Source: an uncultured Gammaproteobacteria bacterium (GTDB lineage Bacteria; Patescibacteriota; Patescibacteriia; PEXW01). From it: DNA of 64,000 bases. How positions within the stretch are numbered: position 1 is the first letter of the stretch; each line of letters begins with the position of its first letter. Both the position numbers and the translations under genes were made by a program. The DNA lies in NCBI GenBank assembly GCA_964486505.1, contig CAZAMC010000001.1:26748-90747 (forward strand), given 5' to 3'. Positions 57,106 through 64,000 of this stretch are shown in pieces. Below the pieces are notes generated by a model that did not search any database, had not been told where the DNA came from, and saw nothing but the letters and a program-made list of their open reading frames with translations.

Positions 57106-58151
57106 TTGATGAAGTTCCGGTTATCCGCATTTTTTTTCTCGCCACCTTCGCGTTCATTGCGGCGATGCTCTTTACGCCATTGTGGGCGGGTTTTCTGTAC
57201 CGCTACCAGCTGGGCAAGAAAATTCGCGCCGCTGCCGACGCGCCAATCTTTGCGAAATTCCACGAGAAGAAGTCTGGGACACCCACAATGGGTGGTGTCA
57301 TCATTTGGTTAACTGCCGCTGTCATAGCGCTGTTGTTCTTCATCATTCGGCAAATTGTACCGAGCGGCTTTTGGCATGAGTTGAATTTCCTTACTCGTCA
57401 GCAGACATGGCTGCCTATTGGGGCCCTTGTGGCGTCGGCGGTGGTTGGTTTGGTTGACGACTACTTCAATGTCCGGGGGTGGGGGCCCAAGGGCGGCGGA
57501 TTGCAGGTTCGGCACAAACTGCTCATCTACACCGTTATTGCCGTCGTGGGAGCGTGGTGGTTCTTCTCAAAACTTGGGTTTAGTACCATGCACGTTCCCT
57601 TCCTGGGGAATTTTGAAATTGGCTTGTGGTATATCCCGCTTTTCATCATCGTCATTGTTTCGACGGCGTTTTCAGTAAATGAGATCGACGGCCTTGATGG
57701 TCTGGCCGGGGGTACGCTCCTTGCTGCTTTCGTGGCGTTTGGCGCCATCGCTTTTGCGCAAGGACGGTATGAACTCGCTACCTTCTGCGCCGTCATTGCC
57801 GGTGGCCTGCTCGCGTTCCTGTGGTTCAACATCCCGCCCGCCCGGTTCTTCATGGGGGACACCGGGGCCATGTCTTTAGGCGTTACCTTAGGCATAGTAG
57901 CCATGCTCACGAATACCGCTCTCCTCCTGCCAATTATTGGGCTGCTGTTTGTTTTGGAGTCGGGGAGCGTCATTGTACAGCTCACCTCGAAGCGTTTGCG
58001 TGGGAAAAAGGTATTCCTCTCCGCGCCCCTGCACCACCACTTGGAAGCAATTGGTTGGCCGGAGTCAAAAATTGTCATGCGCTTCTGGGTCATCGCCGCG
58101 GTCATGGCCGTCATTGGCGTGGTCCTCTACCTCATCGACCGGACGCTCTAA
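57102..58151 (+). CDS. mraY: Phospho-N-acetylmuramoyl-pentapeptide transferase
   Basis: KKSGTPTMGG, a DD motif (VDDYFNV) and about 10 TM helices. Confidence 0.9.
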   Translation: MIDEVPVIRIFFLATFAFIAAMLFTPLWAGFLYRYQLGKKIRAAADAPIFAKFHEKKSGTPTMGGVIIWLTAAVIALLFFIIRQIVPSGFWHELNFLTRQQTWLPIGALVASAVVGLVDDYFNVRGWGPKGGGLQVRHKLLIYTVIAVVGAWWFFSKLGFSTMHVPFLGNFEIGLWYIPLFIIVIVSTAFSVNEIDGLDGLAGGTLLAAFVAFGAIAFAQGRYELATFCAVIAGGLLAFLWFNIPPARFFMGDTGAMSLGVTLGIVAMLTNTALLLPIIGLLFVLESGSVIVQLTSKRLRGKKVFLSAPLHHHLEAIGWPESKIVMRFWVIAAVMAVIGVVLYLIDRTL

Positions 58152-58193
58152 TAGTTTTTCGACCTTGACGAATGCCCATGGTATGCTGGATGC

Positions 58194-60281
58194 ATGCAGG
58201 TTTTTCAGTCAGCGATTCTGCGTACACTGCCAGGAATTACACACGGGACGGCGCCAAAATCAGCGCAGCCGCTCACTTTTTCCGGTCACACCCGGCAGAG
58301 TGTTCGGCGCTCGCGCGCGCATTTTGCGAAACAGCTTCATGTTAACGTTCATCACCTTACCTTAGGGCGGCAGGTGCATGGTACAAAGGTGCGGATTGTT
58401 GACGACGAGCAGTGTGGTGCAGGCGCCCTTGACCCGGCTACGTACCTTCCGCGCACTGACGGTCTGCTTACCCAGCGACCGGGAATCGCTTTGGGAATCT
58501 TTACCGCTGACTGCGTACCGGTGCTTTTGGCGGATCCCCGTACGGGTTGGATTGGTGCGCTCCATGTGGGTTGGCGGGGTGCTGTGAACGGGATCGCGGC
58601 CGTGGCCTTGGCGGCACTGCAGAAGCACGGTGTACGCATGCAGGATGTCCGGGTGTGGCTGGGTCCAGCAATCTGCGGTGATTGTTATTCGGGCCACGAT
58701 CGGCAGCGCACGCAAAAGTTAGCCCGCGCTTTTGGCGGTCACGGTGTAGGGCGCCATGCAGGGCATGTGCACGTCGATCTTCGACAGGGGTTGCACTGGC
58801 AGCTTCGTCGCTCTGGCATTCTCACCCGGCATATCGAAATTTCTCCGGTTTGCACTTTTGAGGAACGGCGACTCCCTTCCCACCGCCGAGAAGGGCACGG
58901 TCACGCAAATACCTTGACCGTCATCTCACGTGCTTCATTGCCGGGTGATGTTCGAGGTTTACGGGTAGCAGTCCTTGGTCTGGGCGTACAGGGTGGGGGA
59001 GAAGCCAGTGTCCGGGCAGCGGCGCTCGGGCACGCGCAGTCAGTTTTGGCTCTTGATGAAAAGCCAGCGGCGGTTTTCAAGGACGTCAGGCGGCGGCTGA
59101 GAGCGCTGAACATCGCGTATGCGTTTGGGCCCACGGTTCGTACGGCGTCGGCGAAAGTTGATTGGGTGGTGAAGAACCCTGGCGTACCGCTCACTCATCC
59201 CTACCTCAAGCGGGCCCGGCAGGCAGGAGCAAGTCTGGTAACCGATATTGGCTGGTTTCGCGCGTTGCACGACAACCCGGTCATTGCGGTGACGGGTACC
59301 AAGGGGAAGTCTACTGTCGTTTCGTGGCTAGCGCATGTGCTCCGGGGGGTTCACCGGCGCGTAGAACTGGCGGGAAATGTTCGGCGGTCCCCATTGGACA
59401 TTCAGAAATTGCAGCCTGAGACGCCGGTGATTCTCGAGTTATCATCATTCCAACTCGAAGCACTGGAAGTTCCCCTGGCGGCAAAACTCGCGATTGTTAC
59501 TAATCTCTACCCCGACCATTTGAATCGACACCGGTCTATGCGGACGTATGCGCGGGTGAAGTCCAGGTTGTCGGCCGGGCAGGATCGGCACAGCACACTC
59601 ATCCTGCCACTGGATAGTGAGTGGCCACAGTTTGGAAATATTCAATCTCCGGCGAAACGATTTTTTTCGAGCCTCGTATCCCAGCCAAAGTCAGATGCCT
59701 ACATCCGTAATGGGTGGATTGTGCTCCACGGTCGGCGCCTTGTGCAAACTCGCACACTCCGCATTCAGGATGTGGGTTCGCTCCGTAATGCGGTTACCGT
59801 TGCTCTTGCGGCTGCTGCTTGGGGCGTGCCCCGAAGGGTCATTACGAAGCGGCTCTGCACCTTCACGGGGGTGCCGGAACGTTTCCAGGTCATACGCAGG
59901 TATAGGGGGCGGACCTTTATCAACAATACAACCGCGACGAACCCAATCTCAGCAGCCTTTGGCATGCAGAGCGTGGCCGGCTCGTTCATACTCATTGCGG
60001 GGGGCGCTGACAAGGGCTTACCACTTGGCCCTATGTTGCATGCAGCAAAGCGTTCTCGGTGTGTGGTGCTCTTACCTGGTTCAGCGACCAAATTACTCAA
60101 GAAGCGCTTAGAGTGTCCCACGGTGGCTGCAACTTCCATGCGTGAAGCTGTGCGAGTAGCCTGGAAGCAGTCTCAAACCGGAGATACTATTCTGCTTTCG
60201 CCAGGCGCTGCGAGTTTTGGCATATTTACGAATGAATTTGATCGGGGCGCGCAGTTCACCACTGCAGTCCGCGCATTATGA
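58194..60281 (+). CDS. murD: Fusion protein: N-terminal YfiH/PgeF (DUF152, peptidoglycan-editing factor / purine nucleoside phosphorylase family) domain plus C-terminal UDP-N-acetylmuramoylalanine--D-glutamate ligase MurD
   Basis: - **PgeF part, residues 1-~240:** FTADCVPVLLAD...GALHVGWRG is the PgeF/YfiH signature, followed by a His/Cys-containing C-terminal region.
- **MurD part, residues ~245-695:** VAVLGLGVQGG, the P-loop AVTGTKGKSTV and the C-terminal ligase domain.
A single uninterrupted frame. Confidence 0.8.
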   Translation: MQVFQSAILRTLPGITHGTAPKSAQPLTFSGHTRQSVRRSRAHFAKQLHVNVHHLTLGRQVHGTKVRIVDDEQCGAGALDPATYLPRTDGLLTQRPGIALGIFTADCVPVLLADPRTGWIGALHVGWRGAVNGIAAVALAALQKHGVRMQDVRVWLGPAICGDCYSGHDRQRTQKLARAFGGHGVGRHAGHVHVDLRQGLHWQLRRSGILTRHIEISPVCTFEERRLPSHRREGHGHANTLTVISRASLPGDVRGLRVAVLGLGVQGGGEASVRAAALGHAQSVLALDEKPAAVFKDVRRRLRALNIAYAFGPTVRTASAKVDWVVKNPGVPLTHPYLKRARQAGASLVTDIGWFRALHDNPVIAVTGTKGKSTVVSWLAHVLRGVHRRVELAGNVRRSPLDIQKLQPETPVILELSSFQLEALEVPLAAKLAIVTNLYPDHLNRHRSMRTYARVKSRLSAGQDRHSTLILPLDSEWPQFGNIQSPAKRFFSSLVSQPKSDAYIRNGWIVLHGRRLVQTRTLRIQDVGSLRNAVTVALAAAAWGVPRRVITKRLCTFTGVPERFQVIRRYRGRTFINNTTATNPISAAFGMQSVAGSFILIAGGADKGLPLGPMLHAAKRSRCVVLLPGSATKLLKKRLECPTVAATSMREAVRVAWKQSQTGDTILLSPGAASFGIFTNEFDRGAQFTTAVRAL

Positions 60282-61375
60282 CCACCCTTCGTCAACCCGA
60301 CTCCCTTTTCCTGGCGCTCATCGTTCTCCTGTGCGTATTTGGCATTATTATTTTTTCTTCCGCCAGCAGCGTTGTCTCATTCCAGTCTCTGGGTGACCCA
60401 AATGCGCTGTTGAAGAAACAGGCAATTGCCTTGGTCCTCGGCCTATTGCTCATGGTGGTTACCATGCGACTAGATTTGCGTTTGCTGGAGAAATTCGCCA
60501 CACCCCTCTTTGTTTTTTCCGTTGCCCTCATGCTCCTGCCGTTTGTTCCCGGTTTGGGGCCTGAACTGCTGGGTGCTAAGCGCTGGGTAGTCCTCGGCGG
60601 TTTTTTCTTCCAACCTTCGGAACTGGTAAAGCTCACCATCGTTGTCTTTCTCGGTCGGTGGCTTACGGGCTTGCGCATCGACCGTGCGGAGCCGCGAGAA
60701 ACCCTTTTCCCCCTCCTGGGCATTCTTGGAACAGTTGTCCTCATCTTGGTCCTTCAGCCTGACTTAGGCACCGCGATTGTCATCATGGCGGTGAGCATAA
60801 TCTTGTACTTTGTGGTGGGGGCGCCAGTGAAGCACTTTGCATGGATCGCCGCCATTACCGCGATTGGGCTGGCGTTACTCATCCAGGTAGCTCCGTACCG
60901 CGCTGCTCGACTCACCGTTTTCCTCAATCCAAGTGACGACACCCAGGGCTCTGCGTACCACATTAACCAGTCGCTCCTCGCTATTGGTTCGGGTGGCCTT
61001 TTTGGGCGGGGTCTCGGGCACTCTATTCAGAAGTTCAACTACCTGCCCGAAGCAGAAGGGGATTCTATTTTTGCCATCGCCGCAGAGGAACTCGGTTTCT
61101 TCCTGAGCGCGGGCCTCATTGCCCTTTACGTGGCAGTGGTTTGGCGAGGTGTCCATCTAGCCCGACGGGCGTCAGACAGCTACGTGAAACTCGTCATTAC
61201 TGGCATCGTGTGCTGGTTTGGGATGCAGGCTTTTATAAATATTGGAGCACTCACGTCAGTTTTGCCGCTTACCGGTGAACCTTTGCCATTCATTTCCAAC
61301 GGCGGGTCATCACTGGTCATTTCATTAGTCGCGGCAGGTATCCTCTTGAATTACTCACGGACTATTCGCGTATGA
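60278..61375 (+). CDS. ftsW: Peptidoglycan glycosyltransferase FtsW (SEDS family)
   Basis: 365 aa with 10 TM helices and SEDS motifs (GAKRWV, PSELVK and GGSSL near the C-terminus). Confidence 0.85.
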   Translation: MTTLRQPDSLFLALIVLLCVFGIIIFSSASSVVSFQSLGDPNALLKKQAIALVLGLLLMVVTMRLDLRLLEKFATPLFVFSVALMLLPFVPGLGPELLGAKRWVVLGGFFFQPSELVKLTIVVFLGRWLTGLRIDRAEPRETLFPLLGILGTVVLILVLQPDLGTAIVIMAVSIILYFVVGAPVKHFAWIAAITAIGLALLIQVAPYRAARLTVFLNPSDDTQGSAYHINQSLLAIGSGGLFGRGLGHSIQKFNYLPEAEGDSIFAIAAEELGFFLSAGLIALYVAVVWRGVHLARRASDSYVKLVITGIVCWFGMQAFINIGALTSVLPLTGEPLPFISNGGSSLVISLVAAGILLNYSRTIRV

Positions 61376-62424
61376 GCACTATTCTTTTGGTTGGGGGCGG
61401 GACGCTGGGATCGGTGAACCCATTGCTCGCTGTAGCCAGCGCACTCAAACGGGCAAAACCAGGAACGGTAGTGCATTTTTGGGGTTCACGGCGGGGGCTG
61501 GAGCGGCAGGTTGTGGGGGACGCCGGGATTCCATTCTCTGCAATTCCAGCTGGAAAGTTGCGACGGTACTTTTCACTTCGGACTCTTGTTGATGTTCCGG
61601 TCATTGCTTGGGCAACCCTTCTTGCCTGGACTCGGCTTCGCCGCCTGCACCCGGCTTTGGTTGTTTCGGCTGGAAGTTATGTTGCCGTGCCAGTGGCCTG
61701 GGCAGCGCGGGCGTTGCGCATCCCCGTCCTCTTGTACCAGCAAGACGCGACGCTCGGCCTTGCCAACCGGCTTATCGCCGGGGTTTCCCGGATCCGTACC
61801 GCCACAACGGAGCAGGCCGCGCATTTGCTCAAGCCTCCAGTTACGGTCGTTGGCTTTGCACTCCGAGCCGACCTCTATACCGGAGATCGTGATCGTGCGG
61901 CCGCCGCGTACGGCCTCGATGTACGTCGTCCAGCACTCCTAGTTATTGGCGGGAGTTCCGGCGCGCTAGGCATGAACCAGAAGTTTGGCGAAGCACTGCC
62001 GTTCCTCCACCCCGACCTTCAAGTTGTGCACATCACGGGGACTGGGAAGGAAATTCAGTTTCAGCGGAAGGGTTACGTGCAAATCCCTTTCACGAATGCG
62101 GCATTGCCAGACCTCTACGCCTTGGCCACGGTAGTGGTAAGCCGTGCGGGGAGTAATGTCCTGGCCGAATTGGTGGCGCTCCGAAAACCATTAGTCATCA
62201 TTCCTTTGCCCCACTCTCACCAAGTGCAGAATGCTGTCGTCTTTGAAGAGCGGGGTATTCCTGTGCGTGATCAAAACGCGGTGAGTGGTCAGTCATTGGC
62301 CTCTGACCTCAATGCACTATGCTTTGATCCGCAACAGCTTCAGAAGTTGAGCCAAGCCGTGTCATCCTTGTGGGATACTGATGGGGCCCACACACTGGTA
62401 GCGCTCATGAGCCCATACTTATGA
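61372..62424 (+). CDS. murG: UDP-N-acetylglucosamine--N-acetylmuramyl-(pentapeptide) pyrophosphoryl-undecaprenol N-acetylglucosamine transferase
   Basis: LLVGGGTLGSVNPLLAV matches the MurG N-terminus. 350 aa. Confidence 0.9.
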   Translation: MSTILLVGGGTLGSVNPLLAVASALKRAKPGTVVHFWGSRRGLERQVVGDAGIPFSAIPAGKLRRYFSLRTLVDVPVIAWATLLAWTRLRRLHPALVVSAGSYVAVPVAWAARALRIPVLLYQQDATLGLANRLIAGVSRIRTATTEQAAHLLKPPVTVVGFALRADLYTGDRDRAAAAYGLDVRRPALLVIGGSSGALGMNQKFGEALPFLHPDLQVVHITGTGKEIQFQRKGYVQIPFTNAALPDLYALATVVVSRAGSNVLAELVALRKPLVIIPLPHSHQVQNAVVFEERGIPVRDQNAVSGQSLASDLNALCFDPQQLQKLSQAVSSLWDTDGAHTLVALMSPYL

Positions 62425-63791
62425 ACCTCCACACCGCAAAGCATGTTCACTTCATAGGGATTGGAGGAATTGGCGTTTCTGCTATAGCCAAATGGTCTAT
62501 TGAGCGGGGGCTCGTGGTCTCGGGCAGTGATTTAACGGAATCACCTTCGGCAATGTGGCTTCGCCAACATGGTGCGCAGGTGCGGATTGGGCCTCACCAG
62601 GCTAGCGCTATACCAGAGTTGTGTGACCTCGTCGTTTGCTCTGTGGCGATACGGGCAAATAACCCCGAACGTCTCGAGGCCGAAAAACGCCGGATACCGG
62701 TTCTGCCCTACCCTGAAGCGCTGGCACAACTCTTCGAGCGGCACGTTGGCATTGCAGTGGCGGGTTCACATGGAAAGTCTACGACGACCGCTCTTCTCGG
62801 CTCGATTCTCACCGCTGCGCAACGTGACCCAACAGTTATTGTTGGAACGCGGGTGCGGGATTTTGGTGATACCAATGAGCGAATTGGCAAGGGCCAGGAG
62901 GTGCTCGTTGAAGCTGATGAGTACAACCAAGCGATTCTCTTCGTACAGCCGGAACACGCGGTTGTATTGAATGTCGACCATGAGCACGTTGATGTGTACC
63001 CCACGCTCGAAAAGCTGCAGAGCGCGTTTGGCCGATTTGTGGCTAGTGTTCCCTCAACGGGGAGTGTCACCCTTTGGGCACAGGATCCCAGTGTTGAGTT
63101 ACTACGAAAACGGGCACAAGGTACAGTCAAAACCTTTGGTTTTCAAGATGCTGACCTGGTTGCTGGAGAGGTCATTGCGTCCGCGGCTGGCACGTCTTTT
63201 ACCGTGCGGGGTCTTTACCGGGGAACCGTACAGACGAAGCTTTTTGGTGAACACAACGTTCGCAACATCCTCGCGGCAATGTGCGTGAGTCATAGCCTTG
63301 GTATTCCTTTTGATACCATTGTTCAGGCGGTGCAAGAATTTCCCGGTACCTGGCGACGGTTTGAAAACCGTGGCACCTGGCAGGGCGCCACGATTATTGA
63401 TGACTACGCGCACCACCCCACAGAACTTCGAGCAACCCTTGCGGCGGCTCGTCAGGCTTTCCCGGGCAAGCGAATAGTTTGTGTGTTCCAGCCGCACTTG
63501 CATAGCCGCACAAAAGCGTTTCTTAAAAATTTTGTGAAGGAGCTAGCGGTTGCTGATCGAGTTATCGTGGTGGAAGTGTACGACGTTGTCGGGCGTGAAG
63601 ATGGGGAACGAGTTTCGAGCCAGGAGATTGTTACCGCTCTTGGCGAGCAGGCCTCATATGCGGCAAAAGTTTTTGACGCCGTTGAAATACTACAAGCCGA
63701 AGTATCGTCATCCGACGTGGTGCTCACGGTTGGGGCGGGTGACATTACGCACTTTACCGAAATTGCCCGACATGAAAACCCTCCTCAGTGA
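62421..63791 (+). CDS. murC: UDP-N-acetylmuramate--L-alanine ligase
   Basis: VHFIGIGGIGVSAIA, the P-loop GSHGKSTTT and DDYAHHP. Confidence 0.9.
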   Translation: MNLHTAKHVHFIGIGGIGVSAIAKWSIERGLVVSGSDLTESPSAMWLRQHGAQVRIGPHQASAIPELCDLVVCSVAIRANNPERLEAEKRRIPVLPYPEALAQLFERHVGIAVAGSHGKSTTTALLGSILTAAQRDPTVIVGTRVRDFGDTNERIGKGQEVLVEADEYNQAILFVQPEHAVVLNVDHEHVDVYPTLEKLQSAFGRFVASVPSTGSVTLWAQDPSVELLRKRAQGTVKTFGFQDADLVAGEVIASAAGTSFTVRGLYRGTVQTKLFGEHNVRNILAAMCVSHSLGIPFDTIVQAVQEFPGTWRRFENRGTWQGATIIDDYAHHPTELRATLAAARQAFPGKRIVCVFQPHLHSRTKAFLKNFVKELAVADRVIVVEVYDVVGREDGERVSSQEIVTALGEQASYAAKVFDAVEILQAEVSSSDVVLTVGAGDITHFTEIARHENPPQ

Positions 63792-64000
63792 GGTGAGGAG
63801 GGTTCTATAGGAATGTACGTGAAGAGGGTTTGCTTGTACTGCACAGCATCGCCGTAGTGAATGTGCTGACGCACAATTCGCAGACGAACCGGCGCCACAA
63901 TTGGTTCCTTGATGCTGCCCATGAGGAATGAGACAACACCGAGAACGGTTCCAGCTTCAACGACACGGCCGACGTAGGTTGTAACATCACCTTCGGGCGC
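63785..64000 (-). CDS. Partial CDS (C-terminal 71 codons), hypothetical; weak resemblance to the C-terminal segment of M23/LytM-type peptidase domains
   Basis: Own translation of the minus strand gives an open frame from the window edge, ...APEGDVTTYVGRVVEAGTVLGVVSFLMGSIKEPIVAPVRLRIVRQHIHYGDAVQYKQTLFTYIPIEPSSPH*. Its stop overlaps the murC stop. Confidence 0.3.
   Translation of the reverse strand, partial: APEGDVTTYVGRVVEAGTVLGVVSFLMGSIKEPIVAPVRLRIVRQHIHYGDAVQYKQTLFTYIPIEPSSPH

Noticed and set aside
58165-58193. Promoter upstream of pgeF-murD (ttgacg...tatgct)
   Set aside because: The spacer is only about 11 nt, and no alternative register gives a proper -10.

Overview
The window is a gene-dense bacterial chromosomal segment with high GC (many shadow ORFs on opposite strands) and many ATGA/4-nt start-stop overlaps. 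Together with DUF4012 and numerous GT-C-like membrane proteins, this compactness is compatible with a reduced-genome lineage such as CPR/Patescibacteria, but that is not proven from sequence alone. Content from start to end:

- **1-2574:** the tail of a GT4 glycosyltransferase and a DUF4012 membrane protein.
- **2575-5745:** an unusual ~3 kb low-coding island. It holds a textbook sigma70 promoter, two ~100-nt direct repeats, small ORFs and a 40-aa hydrophobic peptide. A 13-bp perfect hairpin is followed by a ~45-nt leader hairpin element that is duplicated upstream of two small polytopic membrane-protein genes. A structured leader ending in an intrinsic terminator sits immediately before murJ.
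- **5746-9224:** murJ and lepA.
- **9221-14729:** small proteins, a catalytically degenerate HtrA-like PDZ protein, and a secreted S8 peptidase carrying FG-GAP repeats.
- **14726-43555:** a ~29 kb surface-glycan biosynthesis locus:
  - GtrA.
  - Multiple GT2/GT4 glycosyltransferases.
  - A nucleotide-sugar dehydrogenase plus UDP-xylose synthase-like enzyme.
  - WecB.
  - Two FdtA-like 3,4-ketoisomerase cupins, a methyltransferase and SDR reductases.
  - A Wzx flippase, WbuC cupin, LhgO-like FAD oxidase and a NUDIX hydrolase.
  - rmlB and rmlD.
  - Several large GT-C-like polytopic membrane proteins.
- **44602-49457:** murA-ctpA-rplI-pyrG, with convergent rpmA.
- **49525-54920:** a type IV pilus operon on the minus strand (pilB-pilC-pilM-pilN-pilO plus a small protein).
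- **57102-63791:** a division/cell-wall cluster, mraY-[pgeF::murD fusion]-ftsW-murG-murC.

The most novel items are the PgeF(YfiH)-MurD fusion and the repeated RNA-like elements in the 2.6-5.7 kb island. No rRNA, tRNA, CRISPR array or obvious transposase was recognised.
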